Assembly (NCBI GenBank): GCA_951406725.2
Contig: OX597829.1
Location: forward strand, 20,460,001-20,524,000
Direction of reading: 5' to 3'
Length of the DNA stretch: 64,000 nucleotides
Source: Octopus vulgaris
Taxonomy: Eukaryota
Below, piece by piece: positions 12,765 through 27,643 of the stretch; positions within the stretch are counted from its first letter, which is position 1, and each line of letters begins with the position of its first letter. The notes beneath the pieces are model-generated. The model was not told the DNA's origin and ran no database searches. It saw nothing but the letters and a program-made list of their open reading frames with translations. The translations under genes were made by a program, and so were the position numbers.

Positions 12765-15700
12765 TGTGTGTGAGTGAGTGAGTGAGTGTGTGTGTGTGTG
12801 TGTGTGTGTTAGGTTCAGAAAATTTTATAAAAATACTTAGTAACTTTGTGGTGTTGGTGGTGGCAGTAAGAAACATGGTGGTGCTGATTGATGGTTCAAA
12901 TAAAACTTTAAAAACCGGTCATTTCAAAAATTATTATTTCTTGTTCACCTGTTTATCAACAGTTATTGACCAATGTACCATAACTGTTCCGTCCAACCGA
13001 ACTAGTGGGGAGGTGCGTTCAATATCATCCAACATCTGTGGTAAACATGGAATTTGTCGAAGCCAGGCTGGAAGTCGTTTTGTATGTGAATGCCAGTCAG
13101 GCTACCAGGGAACATATTGTCATGAAAGTAAGACATCAGAATTTTTTAAATATTTCTTTTTTTTTTTTTTTTTCTTTATTTGCTGGTTTATGTCTTCACA
13201 TTGTTTGTTGCATAGATTTATATGTAATAGTTTATTTGTCCAAACAGTTGTTTTCCACAACTGAATGTTTTTGCTATGATTAAGCCATTTAGTGGTGAAG
13301 TAGCAAGATAAATCTTTGTCTTTCAAGCAGTCGGAGCTAACAGAGTTATGGGCCTTGTTCAGTGTGTATAACATGTGTAAATCTCAACAATGCAGCCTAT
13401 GGTTCAGTCCCACTACATGGTACCTTGGGCAAGTACCTTCTATAATAATCCTGAGCCAACCAAAGCCTTCTCAATGGATTTGGTACGTGGAAACTGAAAG
13501 AAACCTGACATGTGTGCAAGTTGTGTTTGTGAAGGCGGCAAGCTGAGTTCAAATTCCGCCGAGGTTGACTTTGCCTTTCATGGGTAGTGGTGGTGGTGGG
13601 GTCGATTAAATAAGTACCAGTTACACACTGGAGTCGATGTAATTGACTTAATCCCTTTGTCTGTCCTTGTTTGTGTGTATACATATACATATATATATAT
13701 ATATATATCTTTCTCTCCCCTCTCTCTTTCTCTCTCATTTTAAAGTAGTTTTTTTTTTTTTTTTGTCTTTTAACTAAAAATTGAATAATACGTTTATATA
13801 TTTGTTGTGCAAGATTTTTTATGTGAAATCGTGTGTTGAAACAGATATTGTTATATTTCGGAATGGTCATTTTGCCAGTTTAGCCAATAAAAACACACGC
13901 ACTATATATTTGGTGTTATTTTGCTTCAGTGATATTTATTTTTTACTTTAATCTTAATCTTATTTCGGTCAGAGTTCTTTCGTCACACTCCTGTGACCGC
14001 ATCACAGGAGTGTGACGAAAGAACTCTGGCCAAAATAAGATTAAGATTAATGTAAAAAATAAATAACACTGAAGCAAAGTAACACCAAATATATAGTGCG
14101 TGTGTTTTTATTGGCTAAACTGGCAAAATTTGCATTCCGAAATATAACAATAAAAATTGAATATTCATTGATAAGGAAGCCCTGTTCTGAAAAGTGGAGT
14201 TAGATTTCTTGCAAAACACTTTTTACCTGAGTCTTACCTAATGGCTTGACGAGACTTAAATAGGCTTTCAGGAAAAACTTGTGTTTGTGTGTATGCATGC
14301 ATGCTTTTGTGTGTGTGTGGTTTTGATTCCCAGACTGGGCAGCGCCTCTGTGTTCTTGAGGAGGGGGTATTTTTTTCGTTTTGTTTTGCAATTACTTTGA
14401 CATCTGACATGTGGCACACCACACCAAGCACCTGTACAAACAACACCAATTTGATTGAGGGGGATGGAGGGAAAGTGTGAACTTAATGTGCAGCACAAAT
14501 ATTGGAGCACTATTAGAAAATCACCTGTGCAGATTGTATTCAGCAAAAAATTTCAGAACCCACATCTGTTATCTACAAAAGGAAGGCCCACCTACCCAAC
14601 CATTCAAAATTCCAAACATTTCTCTATTTCCGTTTCTATTTTCTAATTTCAGACATAAATGACTGCTTGCAAAATCCATGTCGTAACCATGGGACTTGCA
14701 TTGATGGAGTACAATCTTACCGGTGTGTTTGTGCACCGGGATGGGAAGGTAGTAGCTGTAGCCGCAGTGAGTAACACTTTTTTTTTATGATTTATTATTT
14801 CTTATTTTTATATTATTTTTGGCTGGCAGAATCATTAGCATGCTGGGCAAAATGCTCAGTGGAATTTCATCCATCTTTACATTCTGAGTTCAAATTCTGC
14901 CGAGGTCAATTTTACCTTACATCCATCATTTTGGGGTTGATAAAATAAGAACCACTTAAACACTGGAGTTGAACAAAATTTCAGGCTTTGTGCCTTTAAT
15001 AGAAAGAATTATTTTTTAGAATAAAAAAGATTGGATTATCAGATAAATTAGTTACTTTTTTTTTTTTGTCCCATTTATCTTAATCCTTTCTTTCCAATGT
15101 TATTTGAATTAACACGAAAAATATTTTTATTGTTTTTTGTTTTTGTGGAGCTCTATTCTTCTACAACTTTTGGATAAAGTTTTACTTCTTTTCAAACTGA
15201 AGTACCAAATAGAAAGAAAGAAAGCAAATTTATCTGATAACTCAATAATTATAAAAATAATACAATTTTATAGACTAATCATAAAAATTAAGAATATAAA
15301 TTCATTATGTAAATCTAAATTTTAATAATTTGGATAAAACAAATTAAAACATTTGTAATAATGGCTGCCGTGTAACATCTAAAGTGTTGTTCTGCAGTTT
15401 AGAGGTTACGCTTAACCATGCAAACCCCTTCCAGTTTGAAAGAAGCTTTTCTGTGGTGTAAGAATCATATTTCTCTTTCAAGTCGATAAGGGAGTCACTA
15501 CATGCTACAAAAGTAGCATCCAAATTTCCTCAGATAACACATTACCATCTGAGAAAAAGGAAGGATAAGAAAAATTTCCAATTAAATCATCCGTCCAGCC
15601 ATCTGTTTTCTTCACCCACTATTACTGGATGGGTCATGGAAGTAGAGTCCTCAAGTACCTCTTTCTTCATAGGGTCCTATGAGAAGCAACCATCATTAGA

Positions 15701-15868
15701 CTCTCCAGCTGGATTCCCAAATGTGACTGATTGAGATTATGGACATTATCCAACCATCTCTTTCTTGTTCTACCCCACAAATCAGAGAAATAGTTGCTCA
15801 AACTGTAGATACTTGTAGACCTCTGAGTTATATGCACCTTGTCAAGTAACATTATTCCAAAATTTTAA

Positions 15869-15908
<40 letters not shown>

Positions 15909-17460
15909 TATTTATATATTTTTGTCTTGAGATATTTATTATAATATATTTATATATATGTTTTTGTCTTGAAATATTTCCAGACACCAATGATTGTAGT
16001 CCAAATCCTTGCCAAAATCATGGCATCTGCACTGACAGAATAAACGGTTTCTGCTGTGTGTCCCAAAGGATGGAAAGGGAAAACATGCAATTCAAGTAAG
16101 AGATTATTCTATTATTTTTTTGTTTCTTTTACTCATTTCAGTCATATGACTGCAACCATGCTGGAGCACCGCCTTAAAGGGTTTTAGTAATAGAAATTGA
16201 CCCCAGGACTTTTTTTTAAGCCTTGTACTTATTCTACTAGTCTCTGTTTTGCTGAACTGCGAAATTACGGGGCATGTAAGTATACCAACGCTGGGGTTAT
16301 CAAGCAGTGGTGGGGGACAAATGCAACCACAAAGATACAGACAGATATATACATACATACATACATACATACATACATACATACATACATACATACATAC
16401 ATACATACATACACACACACATACACACACACACACATATGTGATGGGCTTCTTTCAGTTTCCATCTACCAAATCCACTTACAAGGCTTTGGTCAGCCCG
16501 AGGCTATAGTAGAAAACACTTTCCCAAGGTGCCACATAGGACTGATCCCAGAACCATGTGGTTGGGAAGCAAGAACTAATTTAACATGGTTTAATTAGTT
16601 TAATGATTAATTAATAGATATTACTGTTCAATGTTGCAATCTCTACATGAGTTAGTAGCATTTAAATGAGTCATATCCAACCCAAATATTCTACTCGTTT
16701 TAAATTCAAACCAGCCAAATCTGACATCTCATACCATTCTTGCATTATCATTCTAAAAATAGTGGCTTTAGGTACAGACATGGCCATGCAGTAAGAAGCT
16801 TGCTTCCCAACCACTTGGTTCCAGTTTCAGTCCCACTGTGTGGCACCTTGGAGAAGAATCTTCTACAATACCTTTGGGCTGACTAAAGCCTTGTGAGTGG
16901 ATTTGGTAGATGGAAACTGAAAAAAACCTGTCGTGTGTGTCTTTATGCTTTTTGTTTGTATGTATGTGTGTATGTATATGTATATATATATTTATACACA
17001 CAGATACACACATACTGAAAAATGAAGGATTAAATATTTCTGAAGCCTGTGAGAAGAATCTATTTGTCTTTGATGCATAGAACTTTTTAGAAATAAAAGA
17101 TTTAAGAGATTTTCACAGAAATCTCATTAATGGTGCTTGTGCAAAGAGATGACTGTGATGGTCTTTGAGATATACTTCACTGCAAAAGGAAATAAAATGA
17201 AAACGGTACATGTCTTATATGGTGAAATTATACTCTTTTGCATTTGAAGTTTATGATTGTTATTAATTATTATTATTATTATTATTAGCGTGTCAGACAA
17301 AATGCTTGGCAGCATTTCATCCATTTTTGTGTTCTAAGTTCAAATTCTGCCGAGGTCAACTTTGCCATTCATTCTCTCAGGGTAGATGAAATAAGGGTCA
17401 GTGAAACACTGGCGTCCATGTAATCGACTAGTCCCCTTCTCCAACTGTTATTGTTGTTAT

Positions 17461-17527
<67 letters not shown>

Positions 17528-18002
17528 ACTACTACTACTACTATTGAATATTTTTGTTCTTTTTTTGTTATTTTACAGAAGTGAGTCTGTGATTGTTTTA
17601 CATGTTCCAACGGAGGAACTTGTCAGGATCGGGGCGCATCATTTCAATGTCTCTGTCCAGATGGATTCTATGGCGATACCTGTCAAATAGGTAATTAAGC
17701 AAATTGACATGACTGCAGTTTTTTTACTAATTCGTTGCATTACTGTAAAAAAAAAAAAAGTCAGAACATTTCACTCAAGAAGAAATACTTACACACACAT
17801 ATGCAGAAGTATATATACATACACATTTTTTTTTGTGTGTTTATGTATATATATATATATATATATATATAGAAGAAATAAGGTACTCAGAAATGTGGAT
17901 GGTTTTACATGTAAATGTAAAACCATCCAGATTTCTGAGTACCTTATTTCTTCTAATATATAATGCCTTTATATCACCTCCAAACCTTCTTATATATATA
18001 TA

Positions 18003-18078
<76 letters not shown>

Positions 18079-18717
18079 ATATATATAAATATACACATAC
18101 ATACATTTTTTAAATTTGTTTATGGGAAACATTTTGCACATGCATATAAAGCTCCCATTCCATTATGCCAGCCACAGTCAAATGATGCTGACTGGTGAAC
18201 TAGTTTTTCAAGGTTGCATCAAGTTGTATCAAGTTATAATGTGGGATACATGTAAATTATAATATCAAAAATAATCCTTGGACGAAATTTATAAACATTT
18301 ATTTATATCGCTACATGTGTTTTCACAAATTACATGTCTCTTAAGATCGTAGTCTGTAATCCTGCGATAATTACAGTGTAGTCTGTAGTATCCATGAACA
18401 TCCAGTTGATCATTGCCATTGGTTCATTTCTTCAGGTGGAATTTGTGGAAGCATATGTAGCGATGCATTAAATGTTTATAAATTCCACCCAAGGATTATT
18501 GTTATTATTAACATATATGAGAGAGATATGGTGATGAAAACAGGAAAAATAGAACTCAAAATATGAATATATTAATATTTTTAGCAGAAGCAAGAGAGTA
18601 ATTCAAGGTTTGTGAGTTTCGTGCATTTGATAAATGCTAATGCATGAAACACTCGGATCTTGAGTCATTCTGTTGCTTTTGCTAAATATTGATAAGAATC
18701 TATCTATCTATCTATCT

Positions 18718-18773
<56 letters not shown>

Positions 18774-19816
18774 ATGTATTTTTAACTAATTTGTAATATT
18801 TTCCTTGTTTCTAGTCACTATGATGTTGAAAATGATAAATTACATAAGGAAAGATTAATGTTAAAATACAAAATATTAATCTTGTGCATTATTTACAGAT
18901 TAGGTATTAATTGATATAAAAATTTATTCTGGTTTTTTTTGTATCCATTTTACCATACTAGCATTTGTTGGGGCATCACAGCCAGAAGCCCTTCCTGTTA
19001 CAAAACCCTTCACTGTTGTGAATATACAGTGTGTTCATCATTGATTGAAACAAAGACAGTGTATTTCAACAGAAATATGGTAACAGAAGAGTTAATTACT
19101 CCCATATAGGGTGTGTGGAGGCACATGGCCTAGTGGTTAGAGCAGTGGACTCATGGTCGAGGGATCATGGGTTCGAATCTCAGACTAGGTGATGTGTGTG
19201 TTTATGAGCGAAACACTTAAGTTCCATGTGGCTCTGGCAGAAAGTAACGGCAAACTTCTGCTGACTCTTCCGCTACAACTTTCTCTCATTTTTTCCTCCT
19301 GCATCTAGCAGCTCACCTGTGATAGATCGGTGTCCCATCCAGGTGGGGAACCTATATACCAATGAAACTGGGAAACCGGCCCTTATGAGCCAGGTATGGC
19401 TCAAGAAGGGACAAACAACAACAATGTAGGGTTGCAATTAATACTAATGAGATACTAGTTACTACAACAATAAGGAAAACTTTTTGGAAACTCTTTCTTA
19501 AGTTACTAAATCCCTTCCAAATTCTTGACTATTTAAGAAAATCTTTTGAAATAAATGAGCCATGCATATTTGTTAAAAATATAGACACAAAATGTTAAAC
19601 AATATTGAATTTTAATTTTTTGTTTTTGTTAAAAAATTATTTAAAATTTTCTTTCAAAGCTTCTTGGCACAGCTGTGATTCAAACCCTTGTCAGAATGGA
19701 GGAACCTGTGTCAATTCTGGCGACAGCTTCACTTGTTTTTGTAAGGAGGGATTTGAAGGCAATGTCTGTGAGCAGAACATTAATGATTGCTACCCGTTTC
19801 CTTGGTAACTATGCCA

Positions 19817-19853
<37 letters not shown>

Positions 19854-20462
19854 GAGTGAGAGAGCAGTGCATGCCATCTAAGTGACACTGGGGTAAAATA
19901 TACAAAGCCCAGAATACCCATCATGACTACCCATCCGATAAGGGTACACTAGGCACATGCATCACAACAATATGTGCACGACAGGGTGATCTCATATCAA
20001 GATAAACAGTGCATGACCTTGCAAGTGGGGCCCAGTTAGAATTTTCTTCTGGTCGAGTAACCCATCCCGCTCAAAAGGTCCCTGAATAAGAGTTGTTTAA
20101 GGATGTTGAACGAAACACCCATGTTTCCAGAGGTGAATTATTCAAACCCCAAAAAATTCCTCTCATCACATGGCTATGATGCTCCTCCACTACTTCTGCT
20201 TGTGATCAGAGATGCACATATTGTCAGCCATTAAGGGACATGCTCAACTGGTTAAGGTCAAACAACTGACAAGCAAATCTGTGGTATTGAGCAGAATATT
20301 TGCTGTAGCTCATCTTTTATACCAAGACAAAACAATGTACATGATAACACTTCCAATCAGTTAAGATCAGAAGCCACGAGAACCACTGCTTGGTACTGCA
20401 TCAGGGCATGCCATGAGAGCCACTGTCTGGTACTGAATCATTATTATTATTATTATTATTAA

Positions 20463-20493
<31 letters not shown>

Positions 20494-22288
20494 CAAATTC
20501 CACTGAGGTTGACTTTGCCTTTCATCCTTTCAGGATCATTGAAATAAGTACCAGTTGATCACTGGGGTTGATATAATTGACTTATCTTCTAAACTAAAAT
20601 TACTGGCTTTCTACCAAATTATTACCACTGCTAAGGTGGTGAACTGGCAGAATCATTGGCATGCCTGGTAAAATGCTTAACGGCATTTCATCCATTTTAT
20701 ATTCTGCGGTCAAATTCTGCCAAGGTCACCTTTTGCCTTTCATCCTTGATAAATTAAGTACTGGGATCAGTGTAATCAACTAGTCCCCTCCCTGCAAATT
20801 TCAGGCCTTGTGCCTTTAGTAGAAAGGATTATTATTATTATTATTGTTGTTGTTGTTTTTCCATTTCAGTTACAATGGTGCTCAGTGTATTGATGGTGTA
20901 AATTGGTACTTGTGTGACTGTAGCAAAGGCTTTGCTGGACCAGACTGCAGAATAAGTAAGCGTTTCATTCTACCAGCTGTTATTTCATCTTGCATAGGTT
21001 CTGTATTGGTTAATGATTCATATCACTTAATCAATGTATACCTGTGAGTATGTCTGTCTATATATTTGTGTTTATAAGGCGGCGAGCTGGCAGAAACATT
21101 AGCACACCAGGCGAAATGCATTGCCATATTTCGTCTGTCGTTACGTTCCTAGTTCAAGTTCTGCTGAGGTCAACTTTGCCTTTCATCCTTTCGGGGTCGA
21201 TAAATTAAGTACCAGTTACGCACTGGGGTCGATGTAATCGACTTAATCCGTTTGTCTGTCCTTGTTTGTCCCCTCTGTGTTTAACCCCTTGTGGGTAGTA
21301 AAGAAATATATATATTTGTGTTTATGTTTAGGTGTTAAAACCCTTTTGGTTCTAGCTTGCCAGAGAGTGCCCTTGGTTTTACAATACAGAATTTGTTTTA
21401 AGTGATCTAAATTAAAATTTCATGATGATTTATGTTCTAAACACCAGCCTAATAATAAAAAAGTTTATCTTACTGTACTCTACATTATTTTCAAATTTAG
21501 TTGTGAGAGAGAGAGAGAGAGGCAGGTTATGTCAACTGAAATATGGTAACAAAAAGGTTAAAGTGATCTAAATCAAATCCTTCTATCAAAATTTCATGTT
21601 AATTTTATATTCCAAACTAACACCAGCTCAATAATGATTGACAAAGTTATTTTATAAAATTCTTCACCATTTTCGAAATTAATTGAGACAAAGATAGCGT
21701 ATTTCAATAGAAATTTGGTAACAAATACAAGGCGTTGAGCTGGCAGAAACGTTAGCACGCTGGGTGAAATGCTTAGCAGTATTTCGTCTGCTACTACGTT
21801 TTGAGTTCAAATTCCGCTAAGGACGACTTTGCCCTTCATCTTTTGGGGTCAATTAAATAAGTACCAGTTACGCACTGGGATTGACATAATCGACTTAATC
21901 CGTTTGTCTGTCCTTGTTTGTCCCCTCTGTGTGTAGCCCCTTGTGGGCACTAAAGAAATAAGAAATTTGGTAACAATAAGGTAATTAAAGTGATCCAAAT
22001 TAAAATCTAGCATCAAAATTTCATGTTAATTTATGTTCTAATCACCAGCCTGATAATAACAGTTATTCTATTAAATTCTATTAAAATATGAAAAAATCAA
22101 CGAAAATACACATTGCAAATAAAAAAGGCTTTTTATGAAAGGTAATGACAGATATATACATTTAGATGGACTGAGGTAGTAATAAAAGTCATTATTATGA
22201 GATGATTATAAGATGATTATATAACCGTCCAACCCATGCTAGCATGGAAAACGGACGCTAAACGATGATGATGATGATGATGATGATG

Positions 22289-22356
<68 letters not shown>

Positions 22357-22644
22357 GTTTAAATATTTGTTGTGCAAGATTTTTTATGTGAAGTCGTGTG
22401 TTGAAACAGATATTGTTGTATTTAGGAATGGTCATTTTGCCAGTTTAGCCAATAAAAACACACGCACTATATATTTGGTGTTACTTTGCTTCAGTCTTAT
22501 TTATTTTTTACATTAATCTTAATCTTATTTCGGCCATAAGATTAAGATTAATGTATAAAATAAATAACACTGAAGCAAAGTAACACCAAATATATAGTGC
22601 GTGTGTTTTTATTGGCTAAACTGGCAAAATTACCATTCCTAAAT

Positions 22645-22713
<69 letters not shown>

Positions 22714-23001
22714 GTTAAATCTATGTCCAGTCATATAGTGACCAGACATAGACTTAACTACATAAATACATTACTACTTTATGTTTTAGAGTGTGCTGCT
22801 TTTTGGGTATATGATACATTGACAATATACTGACGAGCGAAAGCAAAACCTGTTGACAAACACAATACACTTTCACTTATAAAATATATTAAAACTATGT
22901 GAACTGTGTGCATTTTCCTTCTTCTATTTTATATATATTTTTTTGTATCACAACTCACCATGTGGAGGATAATTGAAATTCTTCTCCTCCCCTTTCGTTA
23001 C

Positions 23002-23040
<39 letters not shown>

Positions 23041-23691
23041 TTATATATATATATATGTTTATATATCAATAATGACAAAAGAACGAAAGTTACATAATTA
23101 ATCATTAAGCATAAGTATAATGAGTTCTCACAGTTGGTTCTTGGCATTTCCATAGCGCTAAGCCGAATTGTGATATATAATACACATACATGCACACGTA
23201 AATGTGCATGGGTGTGAGGTCCTCTTTGCATCGCTAACTAATCTCTGTTTGTTACACATCAATTTCGGCTTTTATGCACTTGAAGAGAGTTGAAGGAAAT
23301 TCGTGTGTGGTGTGTGTGTGTACCTGTATATCTATCTGTGGGAAATGTGTTGTCAGATGAAGTAAGAGCGTCTTACTTATTCCACCTGTTTGTCCTTGAC
23401 ACTAACCTAGTTTACGTCATTTGTACTGTTAGTTGTCTCCTCTTGATCATATTGTTCCCAGTTCTGACTTCTGGCTTGATCTGCCCCTCTCCTTCGCCAC
23501 CACCACCACCACCTATATGCTGCTGCTGGTGACTACTCTTTACCACAGTACTTCTGTCGGCCAAGTCAACCATGACTCCTATTCACATTTGCATGAGTGC
23601 ACACTGACACACACACACTGACACACACACACTACACTATTCTTATATACATTATGAAAGCTATATAAAATATATATATATATACACGCAT

Positions 23692-23722
<31 letters not shown>

Positions 23723-24070
23723 CATACACACATATATAACGGTAAGCTTTATGAAAATAGACAAAAGACGAAGGCAGGTTTACGGAAATAAACAAAAGAC
23801 GAAGGCAGGTGGAATACAGACAAACAATTGTATTAGTATGGCGCTCAGGAAATATAAATGAAACAAGTCTTTAACGTTCCGAGCCTACGCTCTTCAACAG
23901 AAAGATACACAGAGAAAAAAACACAGAAAGAAGGAGAGAAAAAATATGCGTGCAAAAGCTAGCGAATCAACATGGCGATCTGATTTCGGCCAGAAGTCAA
24001 AGATCAAACATGAGACGCAAGAGCGAAATTAGGGGAGATAATAGGGTTGAATGACACCCCGCTGAAACAT

Positions 24071-24102
<32 letters not shown>

Positions 24103-26207
24103 AGAGTGTGTGTGTGTGTACGAGAGAGTATTAGTGCGTATGAGAGGTCTAGACATGTGTATGTATATATGATGTGATGTGTAAAGTCGTATGGTATAGT
24201 GTAGAGAGAGGAGAAGAAGGGGGGAGGGGGGAGAAGGAAAGAGGAGAAGAGGGGGGAGGGGGAGAAGGAAGGAGGGAGGATAGAGGGAGAGGGGGAGAGA
24301 GCGAGAAGGGGAGCAGAGGGAAGGGGAAGAGGGAAGAAGGAGGGAGGGAGAAAGAGGGAAGAAGGGAAGAGAAGTAGGGGTGAAAGGATGAAGGACTGAA
24401 GAGAAGTAGGGGTCGGGGGGAGGTTAGATGAGGAGGGGGAGGGGGTTAGATGAGGAGGGGGGCGAGTTGAGACCAAATGGCATATAAGAGCGAAGAGAGA
24501 AGATTAATTCCTGTTCACGGCGCAAACGGGAATCCGGATGGCCTCTGTGTAAGGACAAACCGAACACAGACAGGTGTTGCAAGGAGTGACCGGTGGAGTG
24601 GAAATGGCGTGAGACTGGTGTGTCGTTCGCAAGGTGGATGTCACGAAGGTGTTCCGCGAACCGGTCAGCCAAGCGGCGTCCCGTTTGTCCAATGTACAGG
24701 GAATGGCAGAGAGAGCAAGAGACGCAATAGATAATATTGCTGGAGGTGCAAGTGAAGGAGTTGATGATGCGAAAGGGTCGATGATGGGTGCCAGTGAGGA
24801 GGGTGGTGTTGGAGAGGTAAGGGCAAGTGCGGCAACGTGGGCGGGAGCAGGGGAACGAGCCAGGTTGGGAGGTAGGGTCAGGGAAGGAGCTATGGACCAA
24901 AAGGTCTCGAAGGTTATGGGCTCGTTTGAAAGAGGGGAGGGGTCGGTTAGGGAAGAGGTGTGAAGTGGACGGGTCGGACTGGAGATGACGGAAAGCTCGA
25001 AGAATGGTGCGTTGGAGAGGTAGGGTCGTGGGGTGGTAAGTGAGGGGAAAAGGGAGGCGGGAGACTACAGGGCGGGTTCGGGGAGAGAGAACAGATACAC
25101 GGTCCACGGAACGTGCTCTGACAAGGGTGGTGTGGATAGTGGTGAGGGGGTATCCACGTAGGATGAAGTGGTGAACCATACGTTGAGACTGAGTCTCAAA
25201 GTCATGGTCGTCACTACAGAGCCTACGTAGACGGAGGAATTGGGAATAGGGGATGGAAAGCTTGGTGTGTTCTGGGTGGGAGGAAGAGAAGTTGAGGTAA
25301 GAGTGTGAGTCTGTGTGTTTGTAGTGAATGGAGGTGGTAAGAGTGGAGTGAAAAATGCTAACCGAAATGTCGAGGAAGGAGACAGAGGTGTAGGAGATAG
25401 TGGAAGTGAAGTGGAGGGCTGGATGGAAAGATTGAACAAAAGAGAGGAAGGAATCTAGATGTTCACGGGAGAGTGAGGTGGCACCGATAATGTCGTCAAT
25501 GTAACGACCATATAGTTCAGGAGTGGGACCAGTGAAATTAGAGAATATTTGGGCCTCAACATAGCCAACGAACAGGTTCGCATAGTTGGGGCCCATTCGC
25601 GTTCCCATGGCCACTTCCGAGACCTGATGGTAGAACTCGCCCGTGAACGAGAAGCAGTTAAGAGTAAGGACAAGTTCGGCCAGACGAATGAGTGTGGAGG
25701 TGTCAGGTTCAGGGTTGGAGCGGAGGTCAAGAAAGTGTTGAAGTGCCTGCAGTCCTTCGTGGTGAGGGATAACGGTATAGAGGCTCTGAATGTCCATAGT
25801 AAAAAGGATTTTGGAGGAGCCGGGAGGAAAGGAGAAAGAGTTGAAAAGCCAGAGAGCATGGTTGGTATCGTGGATGTGGGAGGGAAGAGATGCCACTAGG
25901 GGGCAAGGACACGGTCGAGGTATTTAGAGATGAGCTCCGTGGGGCAGTTACAGGCGGAGACGATGGGGTGGCCAGGGTTGTTGGGTTTGTGGATTTTGGG
26001 GAGGAAGTAAATGGTGGGGGTACGTGGGGTTCGCACAATTAGGTTGGATGCGGTGTGGGGGAGACGGGAGGACGAGATGAGGTCGCGGACAGTAGAGGAT
26101 ACCGTCTGTTGGTAGCTACGTGTGGGGTTAGAGGACAGAGGGGAGTAGAAGGAGGTGTCATTGAGTTGGCGGAAAGCCTCGGCCCTGTAGAGATGCATGT
26201 GTATCTC

Positions 26208-26238
<31 letters not shown>

Positions 26239-26249
26239 GCATATGTATC

Positions 26250-26294
<45 letters not shown>

Positions 26295-27581
26295 TTACAG
26301 GAATGTAAAAACGGTGCTGTATATAAAAAACATTTTAGAGTAACATAATAACTCATATTTTTGAAATTGCAGATATACAAGAATGTACTTCGAATCCATG
26401 TGCTTTTGGCAGTACTTGCATTGATGAAATTGGTAGCTATAAATGTATTTGTCCTCCCGGAAGAACTGGAAATCAATGTGAAAATGGTTAGTCATGTATC
26501 TATGTAAACTTGTTAATTAATCAAAATTAAATTTCTGTTGTATTTAAATCAATCCTTTAGCATTTAAACTGACCATATCTGGCCAAAAATATTCTACCTG
26601 TTTCGTGTTCCTACTGACCAGATTCAGCCTCTCACCAACCCCGTAATGTTCTTTTGAAACTAAACGACCACATCATTGAAATCTCAAAGCTATGAGATAA
26701 TGTATGATTAATTCAAAACAATATGAACAAATAAGCATTACATCTGACAGAATAATGTAAATGCTAAAGGCTAAAACATATACCTATATAAACAGGTTCT
26801 GGTGGGTCTAAGGATTAACATATCTTTTTGGTTACAAGAGCCTGTCTTAATTCCAATAAAACATTTGGTAATTCTTTCAGTTTTTTTCTTTTCTGTTATA
26901 TTTTCAGTTATTGGACATTTGCCTTCTCCTAATTCCTGTATTTTCAAACAACATGCCTACTCTGACAAAAGCTCATGGAAACATGAGTGCAATTCTTGTC
27001 ATTGCAACGACGGTCGCGTTCATTGTACAAAGGTAAGGAATTTATCCTGTAAACCCAGCAAGTTGTTGTTACATATTAGTTCTACTGCTGCTGTTGTTGT
27101 TGTTTAGCACCACAAGTCAATCCTGATCTTTGGTAAAAGACATTCCAGCCATGAACCTCCTATCTTTTTCCCTTGCTCATAGAGTACTCTAAACCAGTGC
27201 TTCTCAAACTATCTAATGTGGCATACTGGCAGGTTTTTTTTCCAATGTGCCAGCAACTGGTAATATTTCTTAGTAATATATTAATTTATACTGGAAACAA
27301 TATATATAACAACAACACTGAACACCTTTTTGATCTTCATGTGTCTAACACACGTGGACATGCCTACAAAGTCAGAAAACAACACAGCTCCCATGACTTT
27401 CGGAAACATTTTTTCACGCTCAGAGTTGCTGAAGCATGGAACAAACTGCCTGCGTCAGTTGTTGACTGCCATGACACTGCATCCTTTAAGGCCCTCATGC
27501 TTTCCGAAATCCGCCGAAACTACACCTGATTATACATACACTTTAGATGAGGTGTAGTGCACCTGAGCACTGTACACAATG

Positions 27582-27643
<62 letters not shown>

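Noticed and set aside
17581-17586. Alternative GAG acceptor at 17585 that would restore the frame of the second 112-nt exon
   Set aside because: Weak GAG acceptor downstream of a strong TTTTACAG, and it would not fix the preceding exon; cannot be excluded without RNA data.
19113-19195. tRNA-like sequence with A and B boxes
   Set aside because: No complete cloverleaf or acceptor stem; it continues into a SINE body and (ACA)n tail.
22830-22856. CTGACGA-GC-GAAA-GC-AAAA hammerhead-like string
   Set aside because: The second box reads AAAA and no stem I pairing is evident.
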